A stretch of 64,000 nt of DNA from Christensenellales bacterium (lineage in GTDB: Bacteria > Bacillota > Clostridia > Christensenellales > MGBC116941): assembly GCA_050945795.1 (NCBI GenBank), contig JBMNTP010000001.1:166879-230878 (forward strand), in the 5' to 3' direction. Within the stretch, counting starts at the first letter, position 1. Each line of letters starts with the position of its first letter. Both the position numbers and the translations under genes were made by a program. The notes beneath the pieces are model-generated. The model was not told the origin of the DNA and did not search any database. It saw nothing but the letters and a program-made list of their open reading frames with translations. Shown in pieces: positions 29,241 to 39,050 of the stretch.

Positions 29241-29985
29241 ACGCATCTATAACTTCAATAAACATCAAAGATCATGGCTTTTGGCTATACCGCCTTTTTG
29301 GCTCCATCCCGGCGGCACTTCGGCTTTCTCTTATATAATATTATATGCCTGACGTTTTTACTCTGCTCCTGTTTCTCGCCGCCCGCCTTAACATACAGCG
29401 CGAACCCCAGCATTATAGCCCCCATCATAACACTCTCGCCATACATACCAACAAAATCCACTTTTGCCACCTCCGCTGTCTTTATGCTATAAGCATACAA
29501 CAGCACCTGACCCAAAAATGGTATATGCGGAGCGGCAAGCTTCTTAAAATATACTAGACCAGCTAATTACGAAACAGCACCTTTTGAGCCACACCTGCTG
29601 AAACAATCGGCAGTTCATGGTTTTAGATTATATTCTATTGGTGGCGAAGAACGACTTGAGCCTTGTCTTTTAACATCTTTTAAGTTTATAGCAATCTATT
29701 GAAGCGCTTAACCGCATATGCTATAATTCGTGCATATACTTATAGTAAGTATTGTACTTATATAGCACCATAGATGCCTTCAAAGTTCTTTGCATTAGAA
29801 ATAGCTCCTACGCGGTGCGTCCAGTATAATTATAATAATATCCTATAGCGGGCGGGCATTTCTGCGATAATTATGAGCAGAAAGCGCCGTCTTATGACTT
29901 GTAGCGGCAAACTACTGAGGGGCGGGCGTTGCGTTCGTCCCTCGGATTACAATTATGGCAAAATTAATATGATGGGGTGGAGTCT

Positions 29986-30927
29986 ATGAGTATAAGGTAT
30001 CTGAACAACCTAACGCAATTGGCGGCTAATTCCGGATTATCGGTGGATAGCCAGATAGGCACTTTGTTTGGCGTAAGGGACGGTTATTCCGTCTTGTTAA
30101 CCCGCTTAAACAACAACTATCAATTCGCTATTAGCGTGGCGGTATGCCGAGACGGGGAACTGCCTGACGCAAAAATGCTTAAAACAGCCGTTAAAGATTA
30201 TAAATCACTAACAGGTTGTATCGTTCAGCGCTATAAAGCCACCTATATCATTAAGCGCGGAATGAGCAAGTATAAAACCAATGAAAACGTGCTTCAAGCG
30301 CTTAATGATCTTACCCGTTTCCTTAGGGAAAACAGCTTTCAAAACTGCTGCCAAGGCTGCGCCAAAACCGGCGCGGCAGACGCTTACAACGTTTCCGGCG
30401 CGGACGCATTGCTATGCCCCGAATGCTTTACCGCCAGCAGCGACGCAATAGATTTAAGGGCGCAGGAACAGTCCCGCAAGCCGGAGAACGTCGTGGGCGG
30501 CATAGTCGGCGCGTTTTTAGGCTCGCTTATCGGCGTGGCGGTGATTGTTATAATTGGTCAGCTAGGGTTTGTGGCGTCGCTATCCGGCGTCGTTATGGGC
30601 GTGTGTACCGTTAAGGGCTATGAGCTTTTAGGCGGGCGGCTGAGCAATAAAGGTATAGTAATCAGTATTGTTCTAATGCTGCTCATGATCTATGTGGGCA
30701 ATCGCGTAGATTGGGCGCTGCTGATTGCCGCAACCTTTGAAGTGGGGATTATAGAGTCATTTAATGCCGTTCCGATTCTTTACAGCGAAGGCTATCTTAC
30801 AGGCTATATTGCCGAGCTTCTAATGGTCTATGGCTTTGCTGCGCTTGGCGCCATACCCACCATAATTAATCGTGTGCGCGATCGCGAGAACGAAAATGTC
30901 GCCCGTAAAATGATATCGCATAGTTAA
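29986..30927 (+). CDS. hypothetical membrane protein with Cys-rich (zinc-ribbon-like) segment
   Basis: Soluble N-terminal domain, CCQGCAKTG...CPECF cysteine pairs, then 4-5 TM helices. The start is ATG 29986 or GTG 29977. No family recognised. Confidence 0.55.
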   Translation: MSIRYLNNLTQLAANSGLSVDSQIGTLFGVRDGYSVLLTRLNNNYQFAISVAVCRDGELPDAKMLKTAVKDYKSLTGCIVQRYKATYIIKRGMSKYKTNENVLQALNDLTRFLRENSFQNCCQGCAKTGAADAYNVSGADALLCPECFTASSDAIDLRAQEQSRKPENVVGGIVGAFLGSLIGVAVIVIIGQLGFVASLSGVVMGVCTVKGYELLGGRLSNKGIVISIVLMLLMIYVGNRVDWALLIAATFEVGIIESFNAVPILYSEGYLTGYIAELLMVYGFAALGAIPTIINRVRDRENENVARKMISHS

Positions 30928-31077
30928 ACGGCTACACTTGGTTAAATTGTATCCAGACAAGAAAAATAAGTGACACCGCAAAATTAAAAAGGTCGAGCCC
31001 GTATTAAAACTTTTAGTAAGGCTCGGCCTTTATGTACTTCCCGCCATCAAAAAATTCATATCTCGGTAACAATAAGA

Positions 31078-31263
31078 ACATCACTCACCGTAGCGGCAGT
31101 CTGCAATATCCGTTTCTTTTGGGCTATGCTTCTTTTCGTAAAGAGAAAATAGTATGAGTGACCATACATAGCATAGACCGGAATATAAAAATATCACGAA
31201 CCGCGAAAGCAGTTCGTGATATCCGTTTCTTTTTGGTTACTTTTTCTTTTCAAAAAAAGTAAC
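31078..31263 (-). repeat. tRNA-trailer element, two modules (copy C)
   Basis: Read on the minus strand directly after the CCA: hairpin GTTACTTTTT-TTGAAA-AGAAAAAGTAAC (31263-31236); CAAAAAGAAACGGATATC plus hairpin CACGAAC..GTTCGTG plus TTTTT; then a second, degenerate module with CCCAAAAGAAACGGATATTGC. Confidence 0.7.
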
Positions 31264-31346
31264 TGGTGCGGTCACCGGGACTTGAACCCGGATGGTTGCC
31301 CACACGCCCCTCAAACGTGCGCGTCTGCCAGTTCCGCCATGACCGC
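31264..31346 (-). tRNA. tRNA-Leu (anticodon GAG), CCA encoded
   Basis: Hand-folded. Acceptor stem GCGGTCA/TGACCGC, D arm GCG..CGC, anticodon stem CACGT/GCGTG with loop TTGAGGG, long variable arm, T arm CCGGG-TTCAAGT-CCCGG, discriminator A, then CCA. Confidence 0.9.
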
Positions 31347-31406
31347 TTAATATCATGCAGGATTTATTTTAATAGTTTGTGACCAAAAAGTCAACACCCA
31401 AATGCT

Positions 31407-33119
31407 TTATTCCTCAACAATATACCATTTATCTACCTGTCTTGTGTAGTCGATATCCCTTAGGCCGTATATCCCGCGCACCTTATTCCTGTATACCAGC
31501 GTATTACATCTAAAGTAAAGGCCAATAATCGGTATCTCACGATTTACCAGTAATTGCATCTCGCTTACGGCGGCCTTAAACGACGTTTCATCCTCCGCCT
31601 CGATTATGGAACTTAGCACAGCATCCATCTTGGGGGAAGAATACCCGCCTACATTCTTATCGCCGCCGCTACCCAGCATAAAACGGAAATCCGGCATGGT
31701 GGAAAGATAAACTCCGGTAAGCGCAAGCTGGAAATTGCCGTTTTGAACATCCAATGTAAACTCATCCCAAGGCTTGGCTACCACCTCAACGCTAAATCCT
31801 ACTCTCTCAAGCTGATCGGCTATGATGTACGCCGCTTCATGCCTTATAGGGTTGTCCGCATTCTCGCTGACTAAAAGGCGCAAATGGAGCGTTTGCAGCT
31901 TGCCGTCGGTGCCCATAGCCTCAAGCTGCTTAGGGTCTCCATTTCTGTCCGTCCAGCCGGCCTGCTCTAGGAAACTCTGCGCCTGCATAAGGTCATGCTC
32001 TACAAACTCCGACGCCGTGCCGTTATACAGCCAGGAATTCGCGCTTATAGGCGAATCTGCCGTTATAGCGTGGCTGTAGACAGCTTTTGATATTATCTCC
32101 CGCTTATCAAGGGCACTGGCTATGGCTTGCCTTACAAGTATATTTTTAAGTATAGGGTCGTTAAGGTTTGGCAAAAGGTAATCAAAAACCTGCGACTGCA
32201 TATCCATAATCGTCGTACCTTTTATGCCTCTATATCTTCCGGAATGGAGCAGCGAGGAATTTATCATATCCACCTCGCCGTCCGAGTATTTCATAAGCTC
32301 CTCATCGTGAGTCTTAACAGCGGTAAAGTAAATGCTGTCTATGTACGGGCGGCTTTTCCACCATTTGTCGTTTACAACAAGCCTCATATGTCCTCCCGCC
32401 TCATAGCTCTCCACCACATAAGGCCCTGTGCCCGAATACAGGCCGGCGGCCGTCTTTGGCACTACGGGGAAGGTCATGGCGTAAAGCAGGCTGTAACCGC
32501 TTGTCTTGGGCTTTACAGCAAGCGTCATATCATCTCTTACAGAGTACGACTCAATCGCCTCCGCCACGCTTTTATAAAGCGGAGCGTTAGAGGCCGTACC
32601 TTTCGAGCCTCCATTCTGCCCAGAAGTTAGTGCTTCTTCATCGCCATTGTCGCCGTCAGCATCGTCCTCATCGGGGGTATTGGATGTATCTCCCGCTGCC
32701 ACTCCTATTATTCTTTGTATGGAATGGGCTATATCATTTGCTGTAAGCGCGCCGCCGCCATGCCAGGTCACATTCTCACGCACTCGAAACACCCAAGTGC
32801 CGTCCGCCTCGACTTCCCAACTTTCGCAAAGCTCCGGCGCCGGCTTTCCCGCTTCATCCAAACGGATGGGGCTTTCATATATAAGCCATAGCATAGATGC
32901 AAGCTCCCGCGTATCCGCCTTTATAGGGTCCATAGATTCTATACCGGCCGGCATCACCGACCTTAGCTCTCCGCCCGTGACCGGCTGCTCAGTAGCCTGC
33001 GGCGATGGAACCGGCGTTGTAGTCCCCGCCGTTGTCTCAACCCGATCTAAAACAGCGCAGGACGTCAGCATAAGAACCGACAGCGCGGCGGCAATAATTT
33101 TTAATATATTACTCTTCAT
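31407..33119 (-). CDS. ABC transporter substrate-binding lipoprotein, family 5 (peptide/nickel type)
   Basis: Lipobox LTSCAV. 570 aa with the general SBP_bac_5 layout (WHGG..LTANDI). No cognate permease genes are adjacent. Confidence 0.8.
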   Translation of the reverse strand: MKSNILKIIAAALSVLMLTSCAVLDRVETTAGTTTPVPSPQATEQPVTGGELRSVMPAGIESMDPIKADTRELASMLWLIYESPIRLDEAGKPAPELCESWEVEADGTWVFRVRENVTWHGGGALTANDIAHSIQRIIGVAAGDTSNTPDEDDADGDNGDEEALTSGQNGGSKGTASNAPLYKSVAEAIESYSVRDDMTLAVKPKTSGYSLLYAMTFPVVPKTAAGLYSGTGPYVVESYEAGGHMRLVVNDKWWKSRPYIDSIYFTAVKTHDEELMKYSDGEVDMINSSLLHSGRYRGIKGTTIMDMQSQVFDYLLPNLNDPILKNILVRQAIASALDKREIISKAVYSHAITADSPISANSWLYNGTASEFVEHDLMQAQSFLEQAGWTDRNGDPKQLEAMGTDGKLQTLHLRLLVSENADNPIRHEAAYIIADQLERVGFSVEVVAKPWDEFTLDVQNGNFQLALTGVYLSTMPDFRFMLGSGGDKNVGGYSSPKMDAVLSSIIEAEDETSFKAAVSEMQLLVNREIPIIGLYFRCNTLVYRNKVRGIYGLRDIDYTRQVDKWYIVEE

Positions 33120-33732
33120 CTGGAAGCAGTTCCTTTCGATGCAGCCTTAGATAATAATCATAGGCATCCATAACCTTATCGACATAGCTGTCTGTCTCGG
33201 GATAAGGTATAGTATGCAGCGTCTTACCGTCATCGCTGTACTTTTCCTCTTTAAGCCACGACGCCGCGGCATTATGACCAGCATTATACGCCGCCAGCAT
33301 TACCCGCGTATCCTCGAACCGCTCGGAAATAAAATAGAGGTACCAGCAGCCCATTTGAATATTCATCTCCGGCTCTATAAGCATATCGGGTATAAAATTA
33401 TCAATGCCCAGCTTACCGGCTATCCATTCCCCTGTTTCCGGCATAACCTGCATAAGCCCTAGCGCCCCCACTCTAGACTCGGCGTAAGTACGAAAACGGC
33501 TTTCCGTTCTTATAAGCGAGGCTACAAGCACAGGGTCGAGCGAATATTCCTTAGAATATTTAAGTATAAGATCGGTGTATTCAAGCGGATACTCACGGCG
33601 CACAGCCGCGTCTTTAAGTATAAGCCCGCCTATAACGGCGGCACAAAGCAGGAGCAGCGCAACAACGGCATATATTATCCTTTTGGTGGAGCGCCTCATT
33701 TTGCGCGGCCTGCCGCTATACCTTACTCCCAT
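33109..33732 (-). CDS. lytic transglycosylase (SLT domain) membrane-anchored protein
   Basis: TM anchor plus the SLT catalytic motif ESRFRTYAESRVGALGLMQVMPETG and AYNAGHN. Confidence 0.8.
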   Translation of the reverse strand: MGVRYSGRPRKMRRSTKRIIYAVVALLLLCAAVIGGLILKDAAVRREYPLEYTDLILKYSKEYSLDPVLVASLIRTESRFRTYAESRVGALGLMQVMPETGEWIAGKLGIDNFIPDMLIEPEMNIQMGCWYLYFISERFEDTRVMLAAYNAGHNAAASWLKEEKYSDDGKTLHTIPYPETDSYVDKVMDAYDYYLRLHRKELLPDEE

Positions 33733-34336
33733 ACCCCTCTCCCTTAAGCGCGGTTGTAAAAAGCCTTTCGGCAGCCGCTAACGTCTGCTCGACAGTCCCG
33801 GAATTATCTATAACAGCTAAAGCATATTTGCGCTTTTCATCATCCGGCATTTGTGAACGTATAGCCGCCTCCGCCTGCTCGCGCTCAACACCATCTCTCG
33901 CCATAATCCTCTCTATACGCTGCTCCATATCCGCTACTACAAGCCATACCTCATCACACATAGACTGCATACCCGCCTCTATAAGCAGCGGTGCGTCTAT
34001 AACAGCGGCTCTAACTCCCGCCTTCTTAAGCTCGTCTAGCCGGCGGCGCGTCTGTTCGATTATTATAGGATGCAGCAAAGCGTCGGACTTGCGTTTTACA
34101 GATGGGTCTGAAAAAATCGCCGTTCTAAACGCCGCCCTGTCAAGCACGCCATCAGGCGCAAAGCGCGGCATCTCTTCCATTATCTTTTTAATGCCGCTGC
34201 CGCCCGGGCGCATAATTCTTTTGGCTATTTCATCGGCGCTTATAACGGCGGCCCCTAGCTTTATAAGATGTGATGACACAACAGACTTTCCTGCCGCTAT
34301 GCCCCCCGTTAATCCAATTATCCTCATAAAATACAA
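33716..34336 (-). CDS. coaE: dephospho-CoA kinase
   Basis: IIGLTGGIAAGKS P-loop and typical CoaE length. It lies immediately downstream of polA, a common arrangement. Confidence 0.9.
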   Translation of the reverse strand: MYFMRIIGLTGGIAAGKSVVSSHLIKLGAAVISADEIAKRIMRPGGSGIKKIMEEMPRFAPDGVLDRAAFRTAIFSDPSVKRKSDALLHPIIIEQTRRRLDELKKAGVRAAVIDAPLLIEAGMQSMCDEVWLVVADMEQRIERIMARDGVEREQAEAAIRSQMPDDEKRKYALAVIDNSGTVEQTLAAAERLFTTALKGEGYGSKV

Positions 34337-34338
34337 TC

Positions 34339-36900
34339 CTATTTTGTGTCGTACCAGCTTATTCCGCTTTTTATATGCACTTCAATCGGCACGCTAAGCT
34401 TCATAACGCCCTCCATGCATTCGCGAAGTATACTGGTTACTTTGGCCTCCTCGGCCTTTGGCGCTTCAACTATAAGTTCGTCATGCACCTGCAGTATCAG
34501 CCGGGCTGAAAATCCTCCATCCTCCAGCCGACGCGCCGTCTCAATCATAGCCAGCTTTATCATATCCGCCGCAGTACCCTGCACCGGCATATTAAGCGCT
34601 ATTCTCTCGCCAAAAGAACGTACGTTATAATTAGGCGACTTAAGCTCAGGCAACGGCCTTCTTCTGCCCATAAGCGTAGCTACATAGCCGTCCGCCCTGC
34701 CCTTTTCAACTATTTCTTTCATATACCTCTTAACGCCGGTATATTTTGATAGATACCCGTCTATATATTCTTTGGCCAGCTTCCTGCTTATGCCAAGGTT
34801 TCTGCTAAGGCCAAAGTCGCTTATGCCATAAACAATGCCGAAGTTTACCGCTTTGGCGGCATCCCTCTGCTCGGGCGATACATCAGCGAGCGGTACGGAG
34901 AAAACTTCCGCTGCAGTTCTTGAATGTATGTCCTGATTTTTGATAAAAGCGTCGCGCATTATTTCATCGTCGGCTAGATGCGCGAGTATCCTAAGCTCTA
35001 TCTGCGAATAGTCGGCGTCTATAAGTATATGTCCCTCCGCCGCCTTAAACGCCCGCCTTATCTCGCGGCCAAGCGGCGTTCTTACAGGTATGTTCTGAAG
35101 GTTTGGCTCTATCGACGACAGCCTGCCGGTAGACGCTACCGTCTGCACAAAACGAGTATGCACTCTGCCGTCTTTTTGCGGCATAAGGCCGGATATATAT
35201 GTGCTTTTAAGCTTTGATACCTGCCGCCAATCGATAACCCTTTGTATAATAGGGTGAGCGTCTAGCAAGCCTTCAAGCACCTCAACATCTGTGGAGTATC
35301 CCGACTTAGTCTTTTTAGACGCCGGCAGCCCCAGCTCTTCAAAAAGAACTACGCCCAGCTGTTTTGGAGAGCCTATGTTGAATTCATGGCCGGCTAAAGC
35401 GTATATATCCATTTGCAGCGAGGCGATATCTTCTGAAAACCTTTCGTCAAGCTTTAATAGCTCGGCCTTGTCAACGCCAAATCCCGCCTTCTCCATATCA
35501 AATAGCACGCTTGTAAGCGGCCTTTCAAGCGTTTCATAAAGCTCTTTAAGCTCGTGCTGCTCAAGCGCCGCTATAAGCTCTTTTTCAAGCAGCAGCATCG
35601 CCGCGCCCGAAGCCTCTATAGAAAGGTATTTTTCGCATATCGCGTTAAGCTCATATTTGCCCGCCGCCGGATCTATAAGCCATGCCGCTAACGCCAAATC
35701 GAAGCAGTCGCCGCCAAGGCTTATACCGTCCTCCTCAAGCGCGTGCCGCGTGTCTTTATCAGATAGCAGCACTTTGTATATATTTTTATTCTCTAAAAGC
35801 GGTTTAAGCGCCAGGAGCGCCTCACCGCGTGATAATCCATCGTCTATAAGAGTGCGCGACAGGCTTATATCATAGCTTTTACCGCTCTCAAAAGCCAAAA
35901 ATACGCTGTCCGCCATATGGAAGGCCATTTTCGCCTCTTTAGCCGCTCCTTTTACCAATTCAAGCAGCGCGGCCTCCTCGTTTATAACAATAGCCTCTTC
36001 ACATTCAAATTCTTTTTTATCATCATTTTCTTGACCGGCTGTGCTCTCTAGCCTTTTTAGTATAGAGCGCATACCCAGCTTTTCAAGTACGGCGCGGGAC
36101 GCTTCTGTATAAAGAGCGGATATCGCGCAGTCTGAAACGCCCTTGTCAAGCGGGGTATCTGTTTTTATAGTTGCTATCTCCCTACTCAACCGAGCCTGGT
36201 CGGCGTATTCTTTAAGTCTTTCCCTAAGCTTTGGCCCGTCGGCCTGCTGCGAGTTTTCGAGCACGCCTTCAAGGCTATCAAACCTATGGAGTAGCTTTAA
36301 AGCCGTCTTTTCGCCTACTCCCGGCACACCGGGAATATTGTCGGACGAATCGCCCATAAGCCCTTTAAGGTCAATCATTTTATCCGGAGAAAGTCCGTAT
36401 CGCTCCATAAGCGCCGCCTCGTCATACATATCGGTGTCGCTTATGCCTCTTCTCATAAGCATAACGCTGGTATAAGGCGATACCAGTTGCAGCGCGTCCT
36501 TATCCCCCGTCATAAGCACAGCCGGTATACCGGCTTTCGCCGCTTCCACAGCCAGCGTGCCGAGTATATCGTCGGCCTCATGCCCTTCCGATTCAAATAC
36601 CGCTATGCCCATAGCGCCAAGCAGCTCGCGCATCATATCAAACTGCGGTTTTAGCTCGTCCGGCGTTTCGCGCCGCCCTTCTTTATATTCTGGGTATTTT
36701 TCATGCCTAAAGGTAGGGCCATGCATATCAAACGCTACCGCGACATGGTCCGGACGCTGCTCCTCCATGGCTTTTAAAAGCATAGACATAAACCCGTGTA
36801 TAGCGTTTGTATATTGCCCATCGGGGCTTGTAAGCAAAGGTAGCGCGTGGAACGCCCTGTGCATAACGCTGTTGCCGTCAACGACCAGCAGACGGGACAT
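34339..36900 (-). CDS. polA: DNA polymerase I
   Basis: From the ATG at 36900 (RBS GGAGGATAAA): 5'-nuclease N-terminus (LLVVDGNSVMHRAFHAL). Polymerase motifs are DYSQIELRILAH (A), RDAAKAVNFGIVYG (B) and LQVHDEL (C). Confidence 0.95.
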   Translation of the reverse strand: MSRLLVVDGNSVMHRAFHALPLLTSPDGQYTNAIHGFMSMLLKAMEEQRPDHVAVAFDMHGPTFRHEKYPEYKEGRRETPDELKPQFDMMRELLGAMGIAVFESEGHEADDILGTLAVEAAKAGIPAVLMTGDKDALQLVSPYTSVMLMRRGISDTDMYDEAALMERYGLSPDKMIDLKGLMGDSSDNIPGVPGVGEKTALKLLHRFDSLEGVLENSQQADGPKLRERLKEYADQARLSREIATIKTDTPLDKGVSDCAISALYTEASRAVLEKLGMRSILKRLESTAGQENDDKKEFECEEAIVINEEAALLELVKGAAKEAKMAFHMADSVFLAFESGKSYDISLSRTLIDDGLSRGEALLALKPLLENKNIYKVLLSDKDTRHALEEDGISLGGDCFDLALAAWLIDPAAGKYELNAICEKYLSIEASGAAMLLLEKELIAALEQHELKELYETLERPLTSVLFDMEKAGFGVDKAELLKLDERFSEDIASLQMDIYALAGHEFNIGSPKQLGVVLFEELGLPASKKTKSGYSTDVEVLEGLLDAHPIIQRVIDWRQVSKLKSTYISGLMPQKDGRVHTRFVQTVASTGRLSSIEPNLQNIPVRTPLGREIRRAFKAAEGHILIDADYSQIELRILAHLADDEIMRDAFIKNQDIHSRTAAEVFSVPLADVSPEQRDAAKAVNFGIVYGISDFGLSRNLGISRKLAKEYIDGYLSKYTGVKRYMKEIVEKGRADGYVATLMGRRRPLPELKSPNYNVRSFGERIALNMPVQGTAADMIKLAMIETARRLEDGGFSARLILQVHDELIVEAPKAEEAKVTSILRECMEGVMKLSVPIEVHIKSGISWYDTK

Positions 36901-37043
36901 TTTATCCTCCATCTCGCGGCCGGGAAAGCTTTTAGCCCGGCGCGGCTTTAATATCGCTATTATTGGTTTTGCAATTGATTTTAACACATGGATGCCCTAA
37001 AATCAAACGCCGCCGCTCCCCCTCCCGCCGCTTAAAACATGCT

Positions 37044-37073
37044 AAAAACCGACGGTTTCGCGCCGTCGGCTTT
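37044..37073 (-). terminator. terminator after the SIMPL-domain gene
   Basis: On the minus strand: AAAGCCGACGG-CGCGAAA-CCGTCGGTTTTT. Confidence 0.75.
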
Positions 37074-37105
37074 AGCGGCTAATCTCAAAAACATACTATA
37101 AAAAT

Positions 37106-37858
37106 CTATTCTATTTCAAACGATACTGTGACATTGGCGGTTATTGTCATATTTCCCGGCGTTATCTGCGTCGATACCGCCTCGCTCTTGTCCGCCGCCG
37201 CTCTTTCATACTCAACCCACGGCTCAACAGGCGAGGAATAACCGCTTTCGCTTATAGATACCGCCTTACCGAGCGTTACTCCGGCGCTGTCCGCCATAAC
37301 CTGTGCGCGCAACTTAGCGTTTTCCACAGCCTGCGCCAGCGCTTCATTTTCCGCCGCCTTTTTATCAACTAAGCTAAAAGATACCCCGTATATGCGGTTT
37401 GCCCCGTTTTGCCCCGCAACGTCGAGCACTTCGCCTACGCTTTCTATATCCCGAATAGTCAGTTTAAGGCTGTTCCGGCATTCGTATTTTGATAATACCT
37501 GCCTGTTGTTGACCCAGTCGTATACCGGGGAAAGCGTGAAATTGGCGGTTTCCATATCGTCTTTGCTTATTCCGTATTTTGTCAGCTCCGTTATGACATC
37601 CTGCATCTTATCCGCGTTGTCCTTTTGAGCGTCCTTTGAGGCTTTGGCATACGTTATAACCTCAACGTTGGCATAAGCGACATCCGGCTCTTTTTCAACC
37701 TCAGCCGCCGCGCTGACGGTTATAGCGCTCATCTTTTCGCTTTGCTCCAGTATTATTCTTTGCGGCGCTGTATTGGATGATGAGGCCGGCTCATTGGCAG
37801 CGCATCCTGAGAATAATATAAGCGAAACCGCAACCAGTGATAAAACAATTTTTTTCAT
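37106..37858 (-). CDS. SIMPL-domain (DUF541) lipoprotein
   Basis: From the ATG at 37858: MKKIVLSLVAVSLILFSGC lipobox. The body resembles the 26-kDa periplasmic immunogenic protein / SIMPL family (ITVSAAAEVEKEPD....AENEALAQAVENAKLRAQVMADSAGVTLGK). Confidence 0.75.
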   Translation of the reverse strand: MKKIVLSLVAVSLILFSGCAANEPASSSNTAPQRIILEQSEKMSAITVSAAAEVEKEPDVAYANVEVITYAKASKDAQKDNADKMQDVITELTKYGISKDDMETANFTLSPVYDWVNNRQVLSKYECRNSLKLTIRDIESVGEVLDVAGQNGANRIYGVSFSLVDKKAAENEALAQAVENAKLRAQVMADSAGVTLGKAVSISESGYSSPVEPWVEYERAAADKSEAVSTQITPGNMTITANVTVSFEIE

Positions 37859-37924
37859 AATAAAAACCTCCGTTACCATTATGCCAGTTTGACGGAGGCG
37901 GTTTATAAATTGTTCCGCTTAAAA

Positions 37925-38476
37925 TTATACAACGCCTTTTTCAAGCAGCAGCGCCTTAAGCTTCAGCCTTGAGCGGTTTATGCGCGATTTAACCGTGCCT
38001 ATGTTTATTTGCAGCGCCGCGGCTATTTCCTCATAGCTTAGCCCTTCTATATCCCTTAGAATTATTATCTCCCTTGATTTTGGATCCAACATCTTTATGC
38101 ATTCAGCTATCGCCCGCCCCTGCTCATGCCGTTCCGCTTCTTCTTCGGGCGAAAGCCCGCTATCCGCTATGGCCAGTCCCATTTCATTAAGCGCGTCGAG
38201 CGATGTGGCAGCTTTTTTCCTGCGTATCATATCTATGCATATATTGTAAGTTATTCTGTACAGCCATGAGGAAAAAGAGCACTCTCCCCTGAACGCCCCT
38301 ATAGCCCTGTATGCTTTTATAAAAGCGCCTTGAACGGCATCTCTAGCATCCTCAGCGTTTCCAACCAGCCTCAAAGCCAAAGAATAAGACATAGCCTCAT
38401 TCATAAGCGCCAGCTGTTCAAACGCGCTCATATCGCCGTTTACAGCATTATTGAGCAGCTGCTTTTCCTCCATCAC
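37925..38476 (-). CDS. ECF-type RNA polymerase sigma factor (sigma-70 family)
   Basis: Region 2 (DAVQGAFIKAYRAIGAFRGECSFSSWLYRITYNICIDMIRR) and region 4 HTH (LSYEEIAAALQINIGTVKSRINRSRLKLK). Confidence 0.85.
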   Translation of the reverse strand: MMEEKQLLNNAVNGDMSAFEQLALMNEAMSYSLALRLVGNAEDARDAVQGAFIKAYRAIGAFRGECSFSSWLYRITYNICIDMIRRKKAATSLDALNEMGLAIADSGLSPEEEAERHEQGRAIAECIKMLDPKSREIIILRDIEGLSYEEIAAALQINIGTVKSRINRSRLKLKALLLEKGVV

Positions 38477-38620
38477 AACCTCCCGACTGAATAGCCATAC
38501 CGATATAATATACTAACACCGCCATTATTTCAATAAACTGCTTTCCTATATTTATTGCCGATGCTTTTTTACATATTGCAAACGCTATGCCGATATGATA
38601 ATATATTTTGTGTTCTATAA

Positions 38621-38706
38621 GCCGAAGTGGTGGAATGGCAGACGCGCCGGACTCAAAATCCGGTGTCCGCGAGGACGTGTGGGTTCAAGTCCCACCTTCG
38701 GCACCA
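38621..38706 (+). tRNA. tRNA-Leu (anticodon CAA), CCA encoded
   Basis: Hand-folded. Acceptor stem GCCGAAG/CTTCGGC, anticodon stem CCGGA/TCCGG with loop CTCAAAA, long variable arm, T arm GTGGG-TTCAAGT-CCCAC, discriminator A, then CCA. Confidence 0.9.
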
Positions 38707-38926
38707 GTTACTTTTTCTTTACAAAAAGAAAGAGTAACCAAAAAGAAACGTATATCGCGAATCATATTTGTGGTTCGCGGCATTTTTTTCCCGCGTCTAT
38801 GCCCTTATGGTTACGGGCACCAGTCACTCTTTCTTTGCAAAAAACAACCAAAAAGAAACGTATATCGCGAATCATATTTGTGGTTTGCGGTATTTTTTTG
38901 CCCGCTCCATGCCCCTTATAGCCGCC
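38700..38926 (+). repeat. tandem duplication (period 116 nt) of tRNA 3' end plus trailer element (copy A)
   Basis: Unit 1 starts with GGCACCAGTTACT at 38700. Unit 2 starts with GGCACCAGTCACT at 38816. Both carry CAAAAAGAAACGTATATCGCGAATCATATTTGTGGTT(C/T)GCGG(C/T)ATTTTTTT. In unit 2 the 3' arm of the first hairpin is deleted. Confidence 0.8.
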
Positions 38927-39050
38927 GGTACTAGAAAATCGCCTTAGATAGGCGCTTTATCTATTTGTAAATAATCCATTTAAAAAGCCCGTCGATTTTA
39001 ATCAACGGGCTTTGTTTATTCGCGGCAAGTTGGGCCGGGTCGAAGGGCCG

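Noticed and set aside
29285-29515. 76-aa minus-strand ORF. A shorter 58-aa version from GTG 29461 with GGAGG 8 nt upstream would give a single-TM protein with a basic tail.
   Set aside because: The only support is a plausible RBS and one hydrophobic stretch. There is no family resemblance, and an equally long overlapping ORF exists on the plus strand. I kept it as unproven rather than listing it as a feature.
38700-38926. Possible CRISPR array, because of repeated units with hairpins (also at 31078-31263 and 58930-59107).
   Set aside because: Each locus has only two units. The repeats are over 100 nt, imperfect and directly adjacent, with no unique spacers of uniform length. There are no cas genes. 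All copies are anchored to tRNA 3' ends.
38595-38934. Two overlapping 108-aa plus-strand ORFs.
   Set aside because: They run through tRNA-Leu(CAA) and the tandem trailer repeats. The repeated peptide segments merely reflect the DNA repeat.
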